The position numbers and the translations under genes are program-made. From positions 116,498,001 to 116,562,000 of the forward strand of contig OZ024743.1 of the NCBI GenBank assembly GCA_964016885.1: a stretch of DNA of 64,000 nucleotides, in the 5' to 3' direction. The stretch comes from Eledone cirrhosa (Eukaryota). Shown piece after piece: positions 1 through 12,934 of this stretch (its first letter is position 1; each line of letters starts with the position of its first letter). The notes beneath the pieces are model-generated. The model searched no databases, was not told the origin of the DNA, and worked only from the letters and a program-made list of their open reading frames with translations.

Positions 1-393
1 CCTCGACAGATATGTAATCTTTCTTTATCACATACACTTGAGTTCCCCAGTGCCAAGGCACACCATCTAGGGAGCTGCTAATCTGAGGATTATTTACGGA
101 CACGTAACCTTCTTATTTTATTTTTACTTCTACTTTATATATATTAATAATTTCATTATCACATCTCAAGTTCCGAGCATATGTCGCATAATATTATTTT
201 ATGTTACTTATCTTTCTCTGCACCAAATCAATAACGATCTTACCATCGATTGATCCAGATACATTATATGGAGTAGTGAAACAATTGTAAACTGACATTC
301 TTATCCTTTCTTTTTTATATTAAACTGCACTTATGGTTGATACTCTTTGACTAATGTCTTCTATGTGAGTTTGTGGTCTTGATTTGCTAACTA

Positions 394-429
<36 letters not shown>

Positions 430-1235
430 TTAAAAATAAGAAGAAAGCATGGACGGGAGAAAGTTTTCCTTCATCAGTTGTCTGCTGGGGGTCTCGGATA
501 TTTCTACCCATTATAGACAAGATATCTCACCCCAGTGCGTTCAATAACTAGGTAAGTTATTGAGAAAATAAAGGAGGGTGGGAAAGAAAATAAAGGATAA
601 TAGAAGGGAAAAGGGAAGGACAGAGAAAAGAGAAGAACAGCGAAAAAATAACGGGAAATACCAAATCGAAGAGTGTGAGAGCAACTCAAAGAGAAAAAAG
701 TCTACCACAATTACTGAGCATAAGTTCGATATGTGCGGACGAGAAACAGGTGAATTTGGTCGTCTAGTTGAGGAGGGTGAGAGAGTCTGTTGGTTTAATG
801 AGAGTGGGGGGAATTAAGGTAGTGAGAGAAAGTGAGGTATGTAGTTGGAAATAGAGGGAGGGAGGGAATTTTCTGGTTTAGTGAGAGAGGGAAAATGTCG
901 GTGTAGGGAGGAAATGTTGGTCTAGTGCATAGTGGGAGAGGGGTAATATTTTGAGAGAGAGTGACGAAATAATTGTAGGGTGGAAGCACATTCTTTTTAG
1001 TATTGAGTTTCACAGTAATAAGGCTGTGTATATAAGTGTGTGTTTACATGTAGATATGTATATGTGTGTCTATGTATTTATATATATATATATATGTGTG
1101 TGTGTTTCTATATATGTATGTGAGTGCAATTATTTATATAAATGTGTGTGTGTGTGTTTATATATATATGTCTGTGTTTATTTATATATGCGTATGTGTG
1201 TGTGTGCGTTTACATATGTATTCATGTGTGTGAAA

Positions 1236-1545
1236 GTGCATGGTTAGGGTATTGGCTCACAATGATAAGGTCGTGAGTTCGATTCCCGGTGTTGCGTTGT
1301 GATCTTGAGCAAGACAATTTATTTCACGTCGCTTCAGTCCACTCAGCTGGCAAAAATGTGTTGGACCTGTAATTCGAAGGACCAGCCTTGTCACGCACAG
1401 GGACACACTGAATCTCACTGAGAACTACGTAAATGGTACGCGTGTCTCTGAAATACTCAGCCATTTGCATGTTAATTTCACGAGTAGGCGGTACAGTTGA
1501 TAGTATCAACTGAAACACTCGTCGTTGTAACCGACGGAGTGACTC
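1236..1545 (+). mobile_element. tRNA-derived SINE (family A)
   Basis: A-box-like TGGTTAGGGTATTGG and B-box GAGTTCGATTCC, followed by a SINE central domain 'cttgagcaagacaatttatttcacg...ccactcagctg'. Confidence 0.65.
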
Positions 1546-1651
1546 CATTTATATGTGTGTCTTTATATATATGTGTATGCCTGTGTGTGTATATGTATAT
1601 ATATATATGTGTGTGCGTGTGTGTGTGTCTATGCATGTACATATACATATC

Positions 1652-1723
1652 CAGAGTGTCACCAGAAATAGTATACATACTGAGAATGCTGTTGAAGTGT
1701 GTATACATATTTTGGGACACCAT
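1652..1723. mobile_element. Tiny Tc1/mariner-type MITE remnant
   Basis: Imperfect inverted ends CAGAGTGTCACCAGAAATAGTATACATACT / AGTGTGTATACATATTTTGGGACACCATA in a TA context. Confidence 0.45.
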
Positions 1724-2329
1724 ATATATATATATATATATGTAAGTTTGTATGTATTTTTATTTATAAATAAATAAATAAATAAATATATATATATATA
1801 TTAGAAAGTGATGTTTTTTTTTACAAAATGAAAAAAAAACGACGTGTCCTACACGAAAAAGATGAAATCGAAAAAAGATGAAATCGAAAAAAGATGAAAT
1901 CGAAAATGCAACTGGAGTCTTTTTTTTTAATATATTAATTTGGTTCCTTTACCGTTTTCACAGTTTTTGTGCCTTTCAAAAGTAGAATTGAGATGGAAGG
2001 TTTGTGGTTTTCTCACATCTGGTTGGTGCTTGAATGTTACTTCTGTTTTATATGGAAAAAGTGGCTCGAAATGCTAGGTTATTAGAGAAATAATTCGGTT
2101 GGTTGGTTGGTGAATAAGTATAATATATTTGGCGCCAGTTCGCGTTAGAAAGTCTTATATTTGCCTTTAAAAAAAGGGGGAGGGGGCTCAGTTTGTTTTT
2201 TCTTATATGAGTGAAGTTTGGTTGGTTGATGCAGTCACGTGGATAAGCACATCAACTTTTGTGCCAGTTTGTGTTTGAATGTATTTTTACTTTAAAAAAA
2301 AAGTTGCTCACGAAGGCTTTTTTATAAAT

Positions 2330-2670
2330 GTAATTTGATTGGTTATAAATGAAATTGTGACTGTCACGTGAACAAGTACATTAAATCTCGCGCCCGTATT
2401 TTGGAATGTTTTTTTTTTTTTTAGCCATTTAGAGAATTTTGTGCCAAACAAAAGATAATGGTCAAGAAAAAAGGATGAAGTGGGTTGTTCAGACTATGAC
2501 TGATGTGCTGAAATGTAATTGATTGGTTATAAATGAAATTAACACTGTCACGTGAACAAGTACATTAAATTTCGCGCCCGTATTTGGGAATTTCTTTTGT
2601 GGCCATTTAGAGAATTTTCTGCCAAATAAAATATAATGGTCAAGAAAAACGGGATGCGGAGAATTGTTCT
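2330..2670. repeat. Tandem duplication (about 180-bp unit)
   Basis: 'aaatgtaatt(t)gattggttataaatgaaatt...ctgtcacgtgaacaagtacattaaat..cgcgcccgtattt...ataatggtcaagaaaaa' occurs twice, with more diverged sub-units at about 2100-2280. Confidence 0.8.
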
Positions 2671-3161
2671 GGTTCAGTGAATATGGCTGGTGTGTTGGGG
2701 TGTCAAAATTCAGACTTTCTATTGAAATAAAGAAAGTAGAGTTATGTTTATTTGTGTGCTGCTGTGTGTCTGTATAGGAAGTTGATTCTATTAGTAGAAA
2801 TGGGGGAGGGAGTTGTGTGTGTATGGGTGTTATGTGTGTATGTGAGTGTGGGAGTATGGTTAGCATTTTAAGAGGGAGAGAATATATATATGTGTGTGTG
2901 TGTGATTCCGTTAGTAGAAATGCAGGAGGAAGTGTTGTGTGTGTGGGGTGGGGTGGGGTGGGGGTAGCATGTTAAGGTGTTAGAGTATTAACGTATGTTC
3001 AGGTTTATTTAGTTCTGGTTTTTATTTTTTAAAATAGAAGGTATTATGTGTGTGTGTGTATGTGTCTGTTTGGATGGTTAGCATTTTATGGTGTTGACAT
3101 AATATATATTAAACTATACCTAATACTGATCTATATTTTTGAATAAACATATTTTTGAATA

Positions 3162-3221
<60 letters not shown>

Positions 3222-3225
<4 letters not shown>

Positions 3226-4042
3226 ATATGTTGAAAAGGTAACACACTAGAGAGAGATAGTGCGCCATCAATAAAACAGGGAAAAACCACCAGTCTATGG
3301 AATCTAAAACCTATGAAAGGCAGGGTAGATACACAATAATTAAAAATATAAATTAAAGTGTATATACGTACCTTTATAACTATATAACACACGTACAAAT
3401 CCAAACAGATCTGTTTCGCCAAGAAGTTGTTGACTGAAATGGAGTAGCCCATGGTTCATCAGCTTGTGTAAGGCTATACATTTCAGACAACTCTAAGAGA
3501 ATTTAAAGCGACCGTCCAGCTACACGCTGGAGAGAGATGTCACACCGTGTTTAGGGCAGTGAACCAGTGGTGTCTGAGGGACGAGCTGCTAGGAAGGGCA
3601 GCCCAAAACCACCCAGAGAAGTGTGCACAACCAAAGAGAGTGAGAGGAAATACTGTTATAAGGAGCGAAATATCACGATAAATTAACGGAGCCATAGGCT
3701 CTCGCTATTCCCTGTCAATCATGTGCCCAAAGGAAAAGGAATCCTGAGCTCTTTAAAATACAATATTTTGAAAAGGTAACACACTAAAGATAGGTAGTGC
3801 GCCATCAATAAAACAGGGAAAAACCACCAGTGTATGGAATCTATAACCTATGAAAGGCAGAGTAGACACACAATAATTAAAAATATAAATTAATATGTAT
3901 ATACGTACCTCTATAACTACATAACACCCACGTACAAATACAAAGGGATCTGTTTCGCCAAGAAGTTGTTGACTGAAATGGAATAGCCCATGGTTCATCA
4001 GCGTGTGTAAGGCATTTCAGACAACTCTAAGAGAATTTAAAC
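3222..4042 (-). repeat. Tandem direct repeat (period about 537 bp) with a hammerhead-like motif in each copy
   Basis: 3222-3510 is repeated at 3760-4042. The minus strand of each copy has CTGATGA (3456-3462; 3995-4001)...GAAA-CAGATC. Confidence 0.75.
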
Positions 4043-4521
4043 CGATCTCTTTGGAATTGAATGTGTGACTATAAATTCGGGAGAAATCATCATGAAGCCG
4101 ACTGTCCAAATCATATGGTGGTATTTATATTTTTTTCTGGTGGTAGGAGGGGGCGATGAGTGGACGTCATAGGTTGTTGGTTTTAAAGAAAAGGGAATTA
4201 TTTAAAAACTATATTTAGAGTAACAAAGGCAGAACGAATTCTATGGAGAGTTTCAGCCTGATGGTGCCACCCTTGATGTTTAAGGTTAATTTAAAATAAC
4301 AATTACTATGATCAGGTGTTTACAAACACACTCACACATATAAGCCCTCACTCCCACACACTCGCACAAACACACACTTGTACTTATATATATATATATA
4401 TATATATATAGTTTCCATTTATTAATATATTGAATATTTACTCCAGTAAACTGTTGAGTGCTTTATATCAGTTATAAAATTTTAAGCTTGTTGAATCCCA
4501 ACAAATTAAATATAACTTCTG

Positions 4522-4581
<60 letters not shown>

Positions 4582-4592
4582 TACATACATAC

Positions 4593-4671
<79 letters not shown>

Positions 4672-5121
4672 ACTCTGTCCCTCGACTACCCACCGATTTA
4701 CAAACTTTACGTGGTGGCGGGAGAATAGAAAACAAATATGTTCATTCCCGTCACAAAGTGCTCAGCCAACGTGTCTCACACACAAATTAAAATAAGAGGT
4801 TATTAGAAATACCAGTCCGACATTGATGCATAATAAAATGGTAGCATTCGGCTCATGCCTCCAAGTCCCATGGCTAGAGGAAAAGCGATAGTAACAATGG
4901 TAGTGCCAAGAACCTTTAACGGACTTTAAATGTCATATCTATTATAGAGCGATATATAGTAGCGAGGTGAGATGTGGCTGCCGCATACGTAAAACCAATT
5001 TATTTCACAACTTAAAAGAGTGACATATAAACTTAATAGCAGCAAATTAGAGAGCACAAAAGACAATAAAAAAAGTGAAAATATGTTCACCTTACTCTAG
5101 TAATCGGCTAGTTGGGAAATA

Positions 5122-5312
5122 ATAATTGTTTCTACTTTTGACACAAGGCCAGCAAATACCCAGTGCATTACTGGTACTTTATTTTATCGACCCCGTAAGG
5201 ATGAAAGGCAAAGTTAACCTCGACGGGATTTGAACTCAGACTGTAAAGGTATGTAACTATATGCTGCAAAGTATGGTGTCCGACCCTCTAACGATACTGA
5301 CAATCCACCGCC
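5122..5312 (-). mobile_element. tRNA-derived SINE (family B, octopus-like)
   Basis: Core 'ctggtactttattttatcgaccccgtaaggatgaaaggcaaagttaacctcg..gggatttgaactcag'. B-box GAGTTCAAATCCC lies on the minus strand. Confidence 0.85.
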
Positions 5313-5598
5313 CTGGGGTAATCGCTGACCTTGTGCCAACGGATAACGTCAAATAATCCGTGTTTTAATTGAAATATTGGCAAAATGACTATCCCCAATA
5401 TAACAATATATATATTCTTTTTTTATTTTTTTGTGTTACTTGTTTCAGTCGTTAGACTTCGGCCAAGCCCAGACAATGCACATATTTAGACCGGTAATAT
5501 CGATCCCAGTACATTTTTCTTTGCAAGTATGATACTTATTCCATTCATCTCCTTGTTGTCAAACCGCTGTTTCGAGACTTAAACTGGGACAGAAATGT

Positions 5599-5678
<80 letters not shown>

Positions 5679-5825
5679 ACACATAATGCATGTGACTATG
5701 TTTATGTTTTTTATATAAAAAATATATGGACAGTTTCCGTTAAAGAGACTATAACCATCTCATAAATGCTATCAAAAGCCAAGAACCTTTAATGGACTTT
5801 AAATGTCATTATCTATTATAGAGCG

Positions 5826-6004
5826 GTGGATTGGCAGTATCGGTGGAGGATTGGACGCCATGCTTTCCAGCATAGCTACGTCCCTTTACGATCTGAGTTC
5901 AAATCCCGCCAAGGTTGACTTTGCTTTCATCCTTACGGGGTAGATAAAATAAAGTACCAGAAATGCACTGGGTATTTGTTGGCATTGTGCCTAAACTAGA
6001 AACA
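5826..6004 (+). mobile_element. SINE family B with 18-bp TSD
   Basis: TSD attatctattatagagcg at 5808-5825 and 6005-6022. The empty site is visible in the paralogous copy near 4936. Confidence 0.9.
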
Positions 6005-6194
6005 ATTATCTATTATAGAGCGATATATAGTAGCGAGCTGAAATGTGGCTGCCGGGTACGTAAAACCAATCTATTTCACAACTTAAAAGAGTGACAGATA
6101 AACTTAATAGCAGCAAATTAGAGAGCACAAAAGACAATAAAAAAGTGAAAAAATGTTCATCTTACTCTCATTAATCGGCTAGTTGGGAAATAAT

Positions 6195-6383
6195 AATTGT
6201 TTCTGCTTTTGGCACAAGGCCAGCAAATTACCAAGTGCATTACTGGTACTTTATTTTATCGACCCTGTAAGGATGAAAGGCAAAGTTAACCTCGACGGGA
6301 TTTGAACTCAGACCGTAAAGAGAAATAACTATGCTGGAAAGCATGGCATCCGACCCTCTACCGATACTGCCAATTCACCGCCC
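6195..6383 (-). mobile_element. SINE family B
   Basis: Same core as 5122-5312. Confidence 0.85.
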
Positions 6384-6545
6384 TTGGGAGATAAAAATAA
6401 TGAGTTGATGACCCAGCATATTTATCAATGCCAGGACCGGTTTTATCTCAGCGCACTCAATGGGCAATGTAAGATACATTCCCAGAGTATACACATAGTT
6501 ATTCGCTTCAATACAACACACGTAAAACCGGGGCCTATAATAGTT

Positions 6546-6655
6546 CCCGAACACGAGTTTCGGTCACATTTAATGCAGCAGAAAGGAGCACTGCACACTC
6601 CGCTGCATATATTATGCAACAATGCATAATTGGCTTATGCGGCTTCATCAGCGGG
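6546..6655 (-). ncRNA. Type I hammerhead ribozyme with long stem II insertion
   Basis: Minus strand reads CCCG-CTGATGA-AGCCGCAT...ATGTGACC-GAAA-CTCGTG-TT-CGGG. Stem I is CCCG/CGGG, stem II is imperfect, and the predicted cleavage triplet is GUU. Confidence 0.65.
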
Positions 6656-6839
6656 TATCGCCTAATCAATAACCAATCGATCGACAGAATCCAAACTCCA
6701 GCCCATGTCGGTCATGACTGTTTGTGACAACCGACACGGTAAAGCGATTGGCAACTGGAATCCGATACAATTCTGTCCCTCGATTAGTCACCGATTTACA
6801 AGATTTATGACTCCCCACCATAACGTCAATGGTTAAAAA

Positions 6840-8379
6840 GAACTCCAATGGGAAGGTGGATTGGGTGGGCCAAAGCCATACGGACCCCCAAAACAATGAT
6901 CAGGTGATAAAAATAGTCGAGCATACAATAGGGGCTAGTATTAAATCTACCCTAAAGGGCCATATATTCAAATTCAACGGAAAGATCTACACTAAAAAAT
7001 GAGGGAGCAGCCATTGGCGTCAGCATAGCTAGTGACGTTGCCAAACTGTTTATGGTATGGTGGAGAGGAGACTCAAAGATCTCCTTGATGAGAGTTCCAT
7101 AGACCTCATCGTGTACTCTCGTTACGTAGACGATATTAATATAGTAATAATTGTTTCTACTTTTGGCACAAGGCCAGCAATTACCCAGTGTATTACTGGT
7201 ACTTTATTTTATCGACCCCGTAAGGATGAAAGGTAAAGTTAACCTCGGCAGGATTATTATTAATATAGTAATAATGACACCCCCACAAGAGAATACTAAC
7301 AAATATGATTTAGAATGTAGCACAATGGAAAGTATCCAGCAAATAGCTAATACAATACACCAGAGTATAACTGTAACTATCGACTACACTTCCAAACACC
7401 CTAACAGTAGGCTACTTGTAATAGACACGGATCTCTGGATTAACACTATAGACGAGAGGGACCAAATTCTCCACTCACACTACGCTAAACCCATGGCCTC
7501 CAAATACATGATACTCAAAAATTCAGCAATGTCCAGTAGTGCTAAGTTTAATATTCTGATCGCAGACTTGGTACGAGTGATGAAGAAGGTATCCCGCATG
7601 AGCGACCCAACAGAAATGGAAAGACACATCCAACACTTCATCAACCGCATGCAGTTCTCTGGCTACAACCAAAGAGACAGAATCAGAGTATACAAAGGAG
7701 CCACGGAGAAGTATAAGACCCTCGTAGAACATTATACGGGAGCAAATCATGGAATAGCTTAGATAGGACTAAACATAAGATAGGGAAAGCCACCTCATGG
7801 TACGACAACAAGAAATACGAGAGTGTCATGTTCGTGGACGCTATCCATGGAGGGAAATTAGCTAACCAGTGTAGAAAGGCCCTGAGAAAGACCCACTTAA
7901 ATATGAAAGTGGTAGAAAAGCCAGGATCTACCATAAAATCCCTGATCAGTAAAACATACCTTTTAAGAAAACCCACTGTACTAATACGAAACGTATTATA
8001 TGTAAAGTAAAGACCCAGATAAACTGTAAAACTAGAAATGTAGTCTATAGCATAAGATGTACAGAGGGCACTTGCAGAAACATGACAACATACATAGGGT
8101 GAGGCAGCCCGAATCAGAGGGGAAATGACAGACCAACACTGGGAGGAATTAAAAGGACGAAAAAACGGTTCAGTACTATACGAACACGCGAGACAACAGC
8201 ATGAGGGTAACATAGACAACATAGAAATTAAAATAATATCTAAACATAGAAATGACCCAGCAGATAGGCAAATCAGAGAGGCAAGTGAAATAGAGCTTAG
8301 AAGGCCAAAGCGAAACAGAAAGAATGAATGGAATAACAACAACACCCAAACGAACAATACTGACTTAAGAGAAATATAA
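6840..8379 (+). mobile_element. Penelope-like element, 5'-truncated, decayed RT + GIY-YIG
   Basis: Translation fragments GAAIGVSIASDVAKLFMVWW, RYVDDINI, HYAKPMA, FINRMQFSGY, YESVMFVDA, CKTRNVVYSIRC..YIGE, HARQQH and RQIREA..I...RPKRN. Frameshifts and stops are present. Confidence 0.85.
7152..7257 (-). mobile_element. 5'-truncated SINE B inserted into the PLE RT
   Basis: 18-bp TSD tattaatatagtaataat at 7134-7151 and 7258-7275, immediately after the YVDD codons. Confidence 0.9.
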
Positions 8380-8875
8380 ATAAATAAATAAATATATACA
8401 CAATAACAACAAACACATATAAACACACACTAGAATACAATAAACAAAACACAGTCACCCAAACGCGAACACACACACACAAACACTATAAACACACGCA
8501 CACGCATGCGCAAAGAAGACAAAAATAAATCAATAAATAAACAGACAAAATAAAAATGGTGTAGACATACAATACAAGAGGAAAAACATAATAGTACCAC
8601 TGGTGTTGTTGCAGATGTGCCACGAAAGACCTTTGTTTGACTATATATATGTGTTTATATCTATATTATATCTTTATTTTTGACAGTTGGTCAGTGAATG
8701 ATAAACATTAAGGACCGAATGAACTGTGGAGATATAAAAGATACAGAAGTGAAAACCAACCAAACAGTCAGTGTGTTCTGTTATGATTTATGGCAATATT
8801 ATTACAACAGTATGACCTTCTCCAAGTACAACAATATTTGTTTCGACACACGATTTTATATAAAAAAACTCGCAA

Positions 8876-8915
<40 letters not shown>

Positions 8916-8964
8916 TTAAAACAATGAAATAAAGAATCAAGTCATTAGAAATATACTTCACTGC

Positions 8965-9085
8965 TTTACGATCGTTTCTAGGTGATGATAATACATCGTA
9001 ACTATACTTCGATATCGATCTATGTAAGTTTAGTTACAAAATATCAGATAAAGAGAATATTTACTTACATGCATATCATCAGCTG
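8965..9085 (-). ncRNA. Degenerate hammerhead-like motif
   Basis: Minus strand reads CTGATGA-TA...TA-GAAA-CGATCG-TA with palindromic stem III ACGATCGT. Stem I pairs poorly. Confidence 0.4.
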
Positions 9086-9978
9086 TTGTCAAAAGCAATA
9101 ATAATTGTATTCAAAATTAGTAGTTAATTAGTATTATGTTTAGTTCTATGACCTTGTTTGGAGGTAGTTGAAGAATTAACCAATCAGATTGTTTTTTTTT
9201 CCATATGATGTTAAGATGAAAAATAATTCACTTTAGTTAAGGTCATGACCCTTTGAAAGGAATGGTTGAATGGTGTTAGTAACAGAATTACCATAAACAA
9301 TCTATTAAGAAGAAAGGGATTGTCAAATTGATAGTTGAATGTATATGGTATAGTTAAGTTTAAAAGGAATGTAAAAATTAAATGTTGAGTTGTGTTGTAT
9401 GGAGTTTTTAGGTGAATATAAATTAAGGTCATGACTAGGAAAGATAGTATATTAAAAGATGAAAATTATAATAAGATAATGAAATACAGTAATACAATAA
9501 TATAATATAATGTAACACAACATAGTACGGTGTGGTAAATTGTACTTAGTATAATACAGCGTATGATACGCCTTAAAATACTTTCAAGTATGTCTATGTA
9601 TAAATAATCAAACTCAGATAAATACATGTTGACATAGTCAAAACGCATATATTTCATAGATCACAAAATGCATATACCCACATTATAGATAGAGGTATAG
9701 TTATAGTGATATTCAACTAAAAATATACATACACATAAATAGATGCAAACATATACATACATCTACACATGTGCACACAATCATATACACATATATTTAT
9801 ATGTATATATATTTACATATACACATCTATACACACATATATATGTGTATGTAAACACATATATATGTGTATGTAAACACATATATATGTGCACACACAC
9901 ATACAAACACTCATACACATATACACGCATATACACACATACACACACATACACACACACATATATATATATATATAT

Positions 9979-10964
9979 ATTAAGACAGGGGGGGAAGAAA
10001 AAAATGACTTCACTTGTGCTTTCAACAAATTTATTTTCTTCGCAAAATCCAAAAAGAATTTTTTTCCGGATTAGAAAACATTTTTATTTTTTTTTATTTT
10101 ATAAATTGAGTCGTTGGTTGTTGGTTAGGTCTTAGGAGTTCTTGGTTAACGTAGGAGGTATTGTTTCGTTTTTAGAAAGACCTTTCACGCTGAGGTGCGC
10201 TTGTCAAACTGATGTGTATGTGGTGTGTTGTTCTATATATAGGGATTTAACATGTTTGTGGTGCGGTGGGGTTTTTTTTCTCGCCCTTCAATAAGTGTAG
10301 GGGTCTAGGTGTGTTGAAAAAATATTAATAGCAGTAATGAGTTGAGACAGTGAGTAGGGTTGGGTTTAGGAGAATTGTAGCAAGCGCGGCCTGCCCCGGT
10401 CATTCTCGAAAAATTCCTTTATTCAGGGGAAAAAGCTTTTCGTATTCCTTTGCATCGAAAATGGTCATAGGCAAACCGCACCTGCCAAGCTTGTAAACAA
10501 TTATTTTTTTCTGAAGAGTTTTTCTACGTCCATCCCAAAATTAGTCCTTTGTTCAACACACACATATGTGCGTATATACGTACATACACACACGGGCATA
10601 TGTAGGAATATATAGGCACACACCATCAATCACACACCCATGTACATATACATCCACATACATACATAAAAACATATAAAGACACATATAAAAACACATA
10701 TACACATACGTACACACACGAATATGTACTCATACCTCCACATGGGTATATATATATATATATATATATACATACATATACATATATATACACACATAAA
10801 GATACATAACTAAATATACATATATACACATACATACACACATACACACACACACATATACATATGTCCGTATATATACATCCGTTCACACATACATGCA
10901 TACACTCACACACATAAACACATACAGACCCATACACACATATACATATATATACACACATATA

Positions 10965-11017
<53 letters not shown>

Positions 11018-11475
11018 AGGAGGTTATAGTTCACTTGAAGCATTGTGTAATGAGGTATAAACGTTTGAATATGTGTAATAAGGCCAAAACAATGCAAGTA
11101 TGGACATAGAAAAAAGAATGCAATAGTAAAAGTATTCGTCTTTCACCTTGAATTTATTTAAATGTCCTTAATTTTCGAGATAATATCTCTTCTTCGGAGG
11201 GAAATAAAGGTCTCAAACCAGCGTCTTAAATTTCTAGCCAAGCCATGCTGACCGGAAATAGTATAGAGTATCTGTTCTAACTCTAATATCAAAGAATTAA
11301 AATTAGGTGGAAAAAGAGTAGTCTCCCTTTAAGAGGGGTTTGTTTAGGGTTTATTTATTTATTTTTTTTTATTTTATATACGTGCCTGTATATGTGTGTG
11401 GGAGAAGGTATGTGGGTGTTTATTCCATTTCACCCCCCCCCCCTCTTCGTATGTGTACACATGAATATATGTATG

Positions 11476-11519
<44 letters not shown>

Positions 11520-11569
11520 TATATGTATGTGTATGTATGTGTGTATGTATGTGTTTGTATGTGTATGTG

Positions 11570-11616
<47 letters not shown>

Positions 11617-11653
11617 ATATATATGTATATGTGTGTATGTGTCTGTATGTGTT

Positions 11654-11684
<31 letters not shown>

Positions 11685-11767
11685 GTGTGTGTGTATGCCA
11701 CTATATATGTGTGTATGTGTGTGTGTATATGCATGTATGTGTGAACGGATGTATATATACGGACATA

Positions 11768-11821
<54 letters not shown>

Positions 11822-12678
11822 TGTGTATGTGTATATATGTATATTTAGTTATGTATCTTTATGTGTGTATATATATGTATATGTATGTATATATATATAT
11901 ATATATATATACCCATGTGGAGGTATGAGTACATATTCGTGTGTGTACGTATGTGTATATGTGTTTTTATATGTGTCTTTATATGTTTTTATGTATGTAT
12001 GTGGATGTATATGTACATGGGTGTGTGATTGATGGTGTGGGCCTATATATTCCTACATATGCCCGTGTGTGTATGTACGTATATACGCACATATGTGTGT
12101 GTTGAACAAAGGACTAATTTTGGGATGGACGTAGAAAAATTCTTCAGAAAAAAATAATTGTTTACAAGCTTGGCAGGTGCGGTTTGCGTATGACCATTTT
12201 CGATACAAAGGAATACTAAAAGCTTTTTCCCCTGAATAAAGGAATTTTTTCGAGAATAACCGGGGCAGGCCGCGCTTGCTACATTTCTCCCCACCCAACC
12301 CTACTCACTGTCTCAACTCATTACTGCTATTAACTTGTTTTCAACACACCTACACCCCTACACTTATTAAAGAGGGAGAAAAAAACCCACCACACCACAA
12401 ACATGTTAAATCCCTATATATAGAACAACACACCACATACACATCAGTTTGACAAGCGCACCTCAGCGTGAAAGGTCTTTATAAAAACGAAACAATACCT
12501 CCTACGTTAACCAAGAACTCCTAAGACCTAACCAACAACCAACGACTCAATTTATAATTTTTTTTTCTTTTCTTTTTTTTTCTAATCCGGAAAAAAATTA
12601 TTTTTGGATTTTGTGAAGAAAATAAATTTGTTGAAAGCACAAGTGAAGCCATTTTTTTCTTCCCTCCTGTCTTAATAT
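9979..12678. repeat. Large inverted repeat (arms about 9979-10920 and 11705-12678)
   Basis: The arms are reverse complements at high identity, e.g. 'ggcaaaccgcacctgccaagcttgtaaacaatt' / 'aattgtttacaagcttggcaggtgcggtttgcg'. Confidence 0.9.
11166..11200 (-). ncRNA. Minimal type I hammerhead, U4C core variant
   Basis: Minus strand reads CCT-CCGAAGA-A-GAGAT att ATCTC-GAAA-AT-TA-AGG, with stem III AATT palindrome and AATAAA shortly downstream. Confidence 0.65.
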
Positions 12679-12934
12679 ACCTAACCGTACCAAGGATTAC
12701 ACACATTTTCCAATATATATATATACATTTCCATATCATACATACATAGATACATATTTACTCATGCAATTACGGGTGGTTGTGTACCTTGTTGCCCTTA
12801 GTCATTAACGCATAAATCTAAGGAAGCTAAAACATTAAAAGGTAAGAAATAAGCATGATGCGTATAATTAGGGGAAAGGGATACTAACAAGTGTTACGCT
12901 ATATAGAATTATAGTGAGTTGCTATTTAGAATAT

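Larger units (their letters stand above)
4905..6390. repeat. Local direct duplication (4905-5320 and 5778-6390) containing SINEs
   Basis: Near-identical 'gccaagaacctttaa.ggactttaaatgtcat...aatcggctagttgggaaataataattg' followed by a SINE in both copies. Confidence 0.85.

Noticed and set aside
169-293. AGTT-CCGAGCA...T-GAAA-CAATTG-TA-AACT
   Set aside because: HHR-shaped, but with two core changes and a poor stem II. Counted only as a probable relic.
440-490. CTGATGAAGG on the minus strand
   Set aside because: No properly placed stem II-GAAA-stem III, so at best a collapsed remnant.
1236-1300. tRNA gene
   Set aside because: Only A/B boxes of a SINE head, with no complete cloverleaf.
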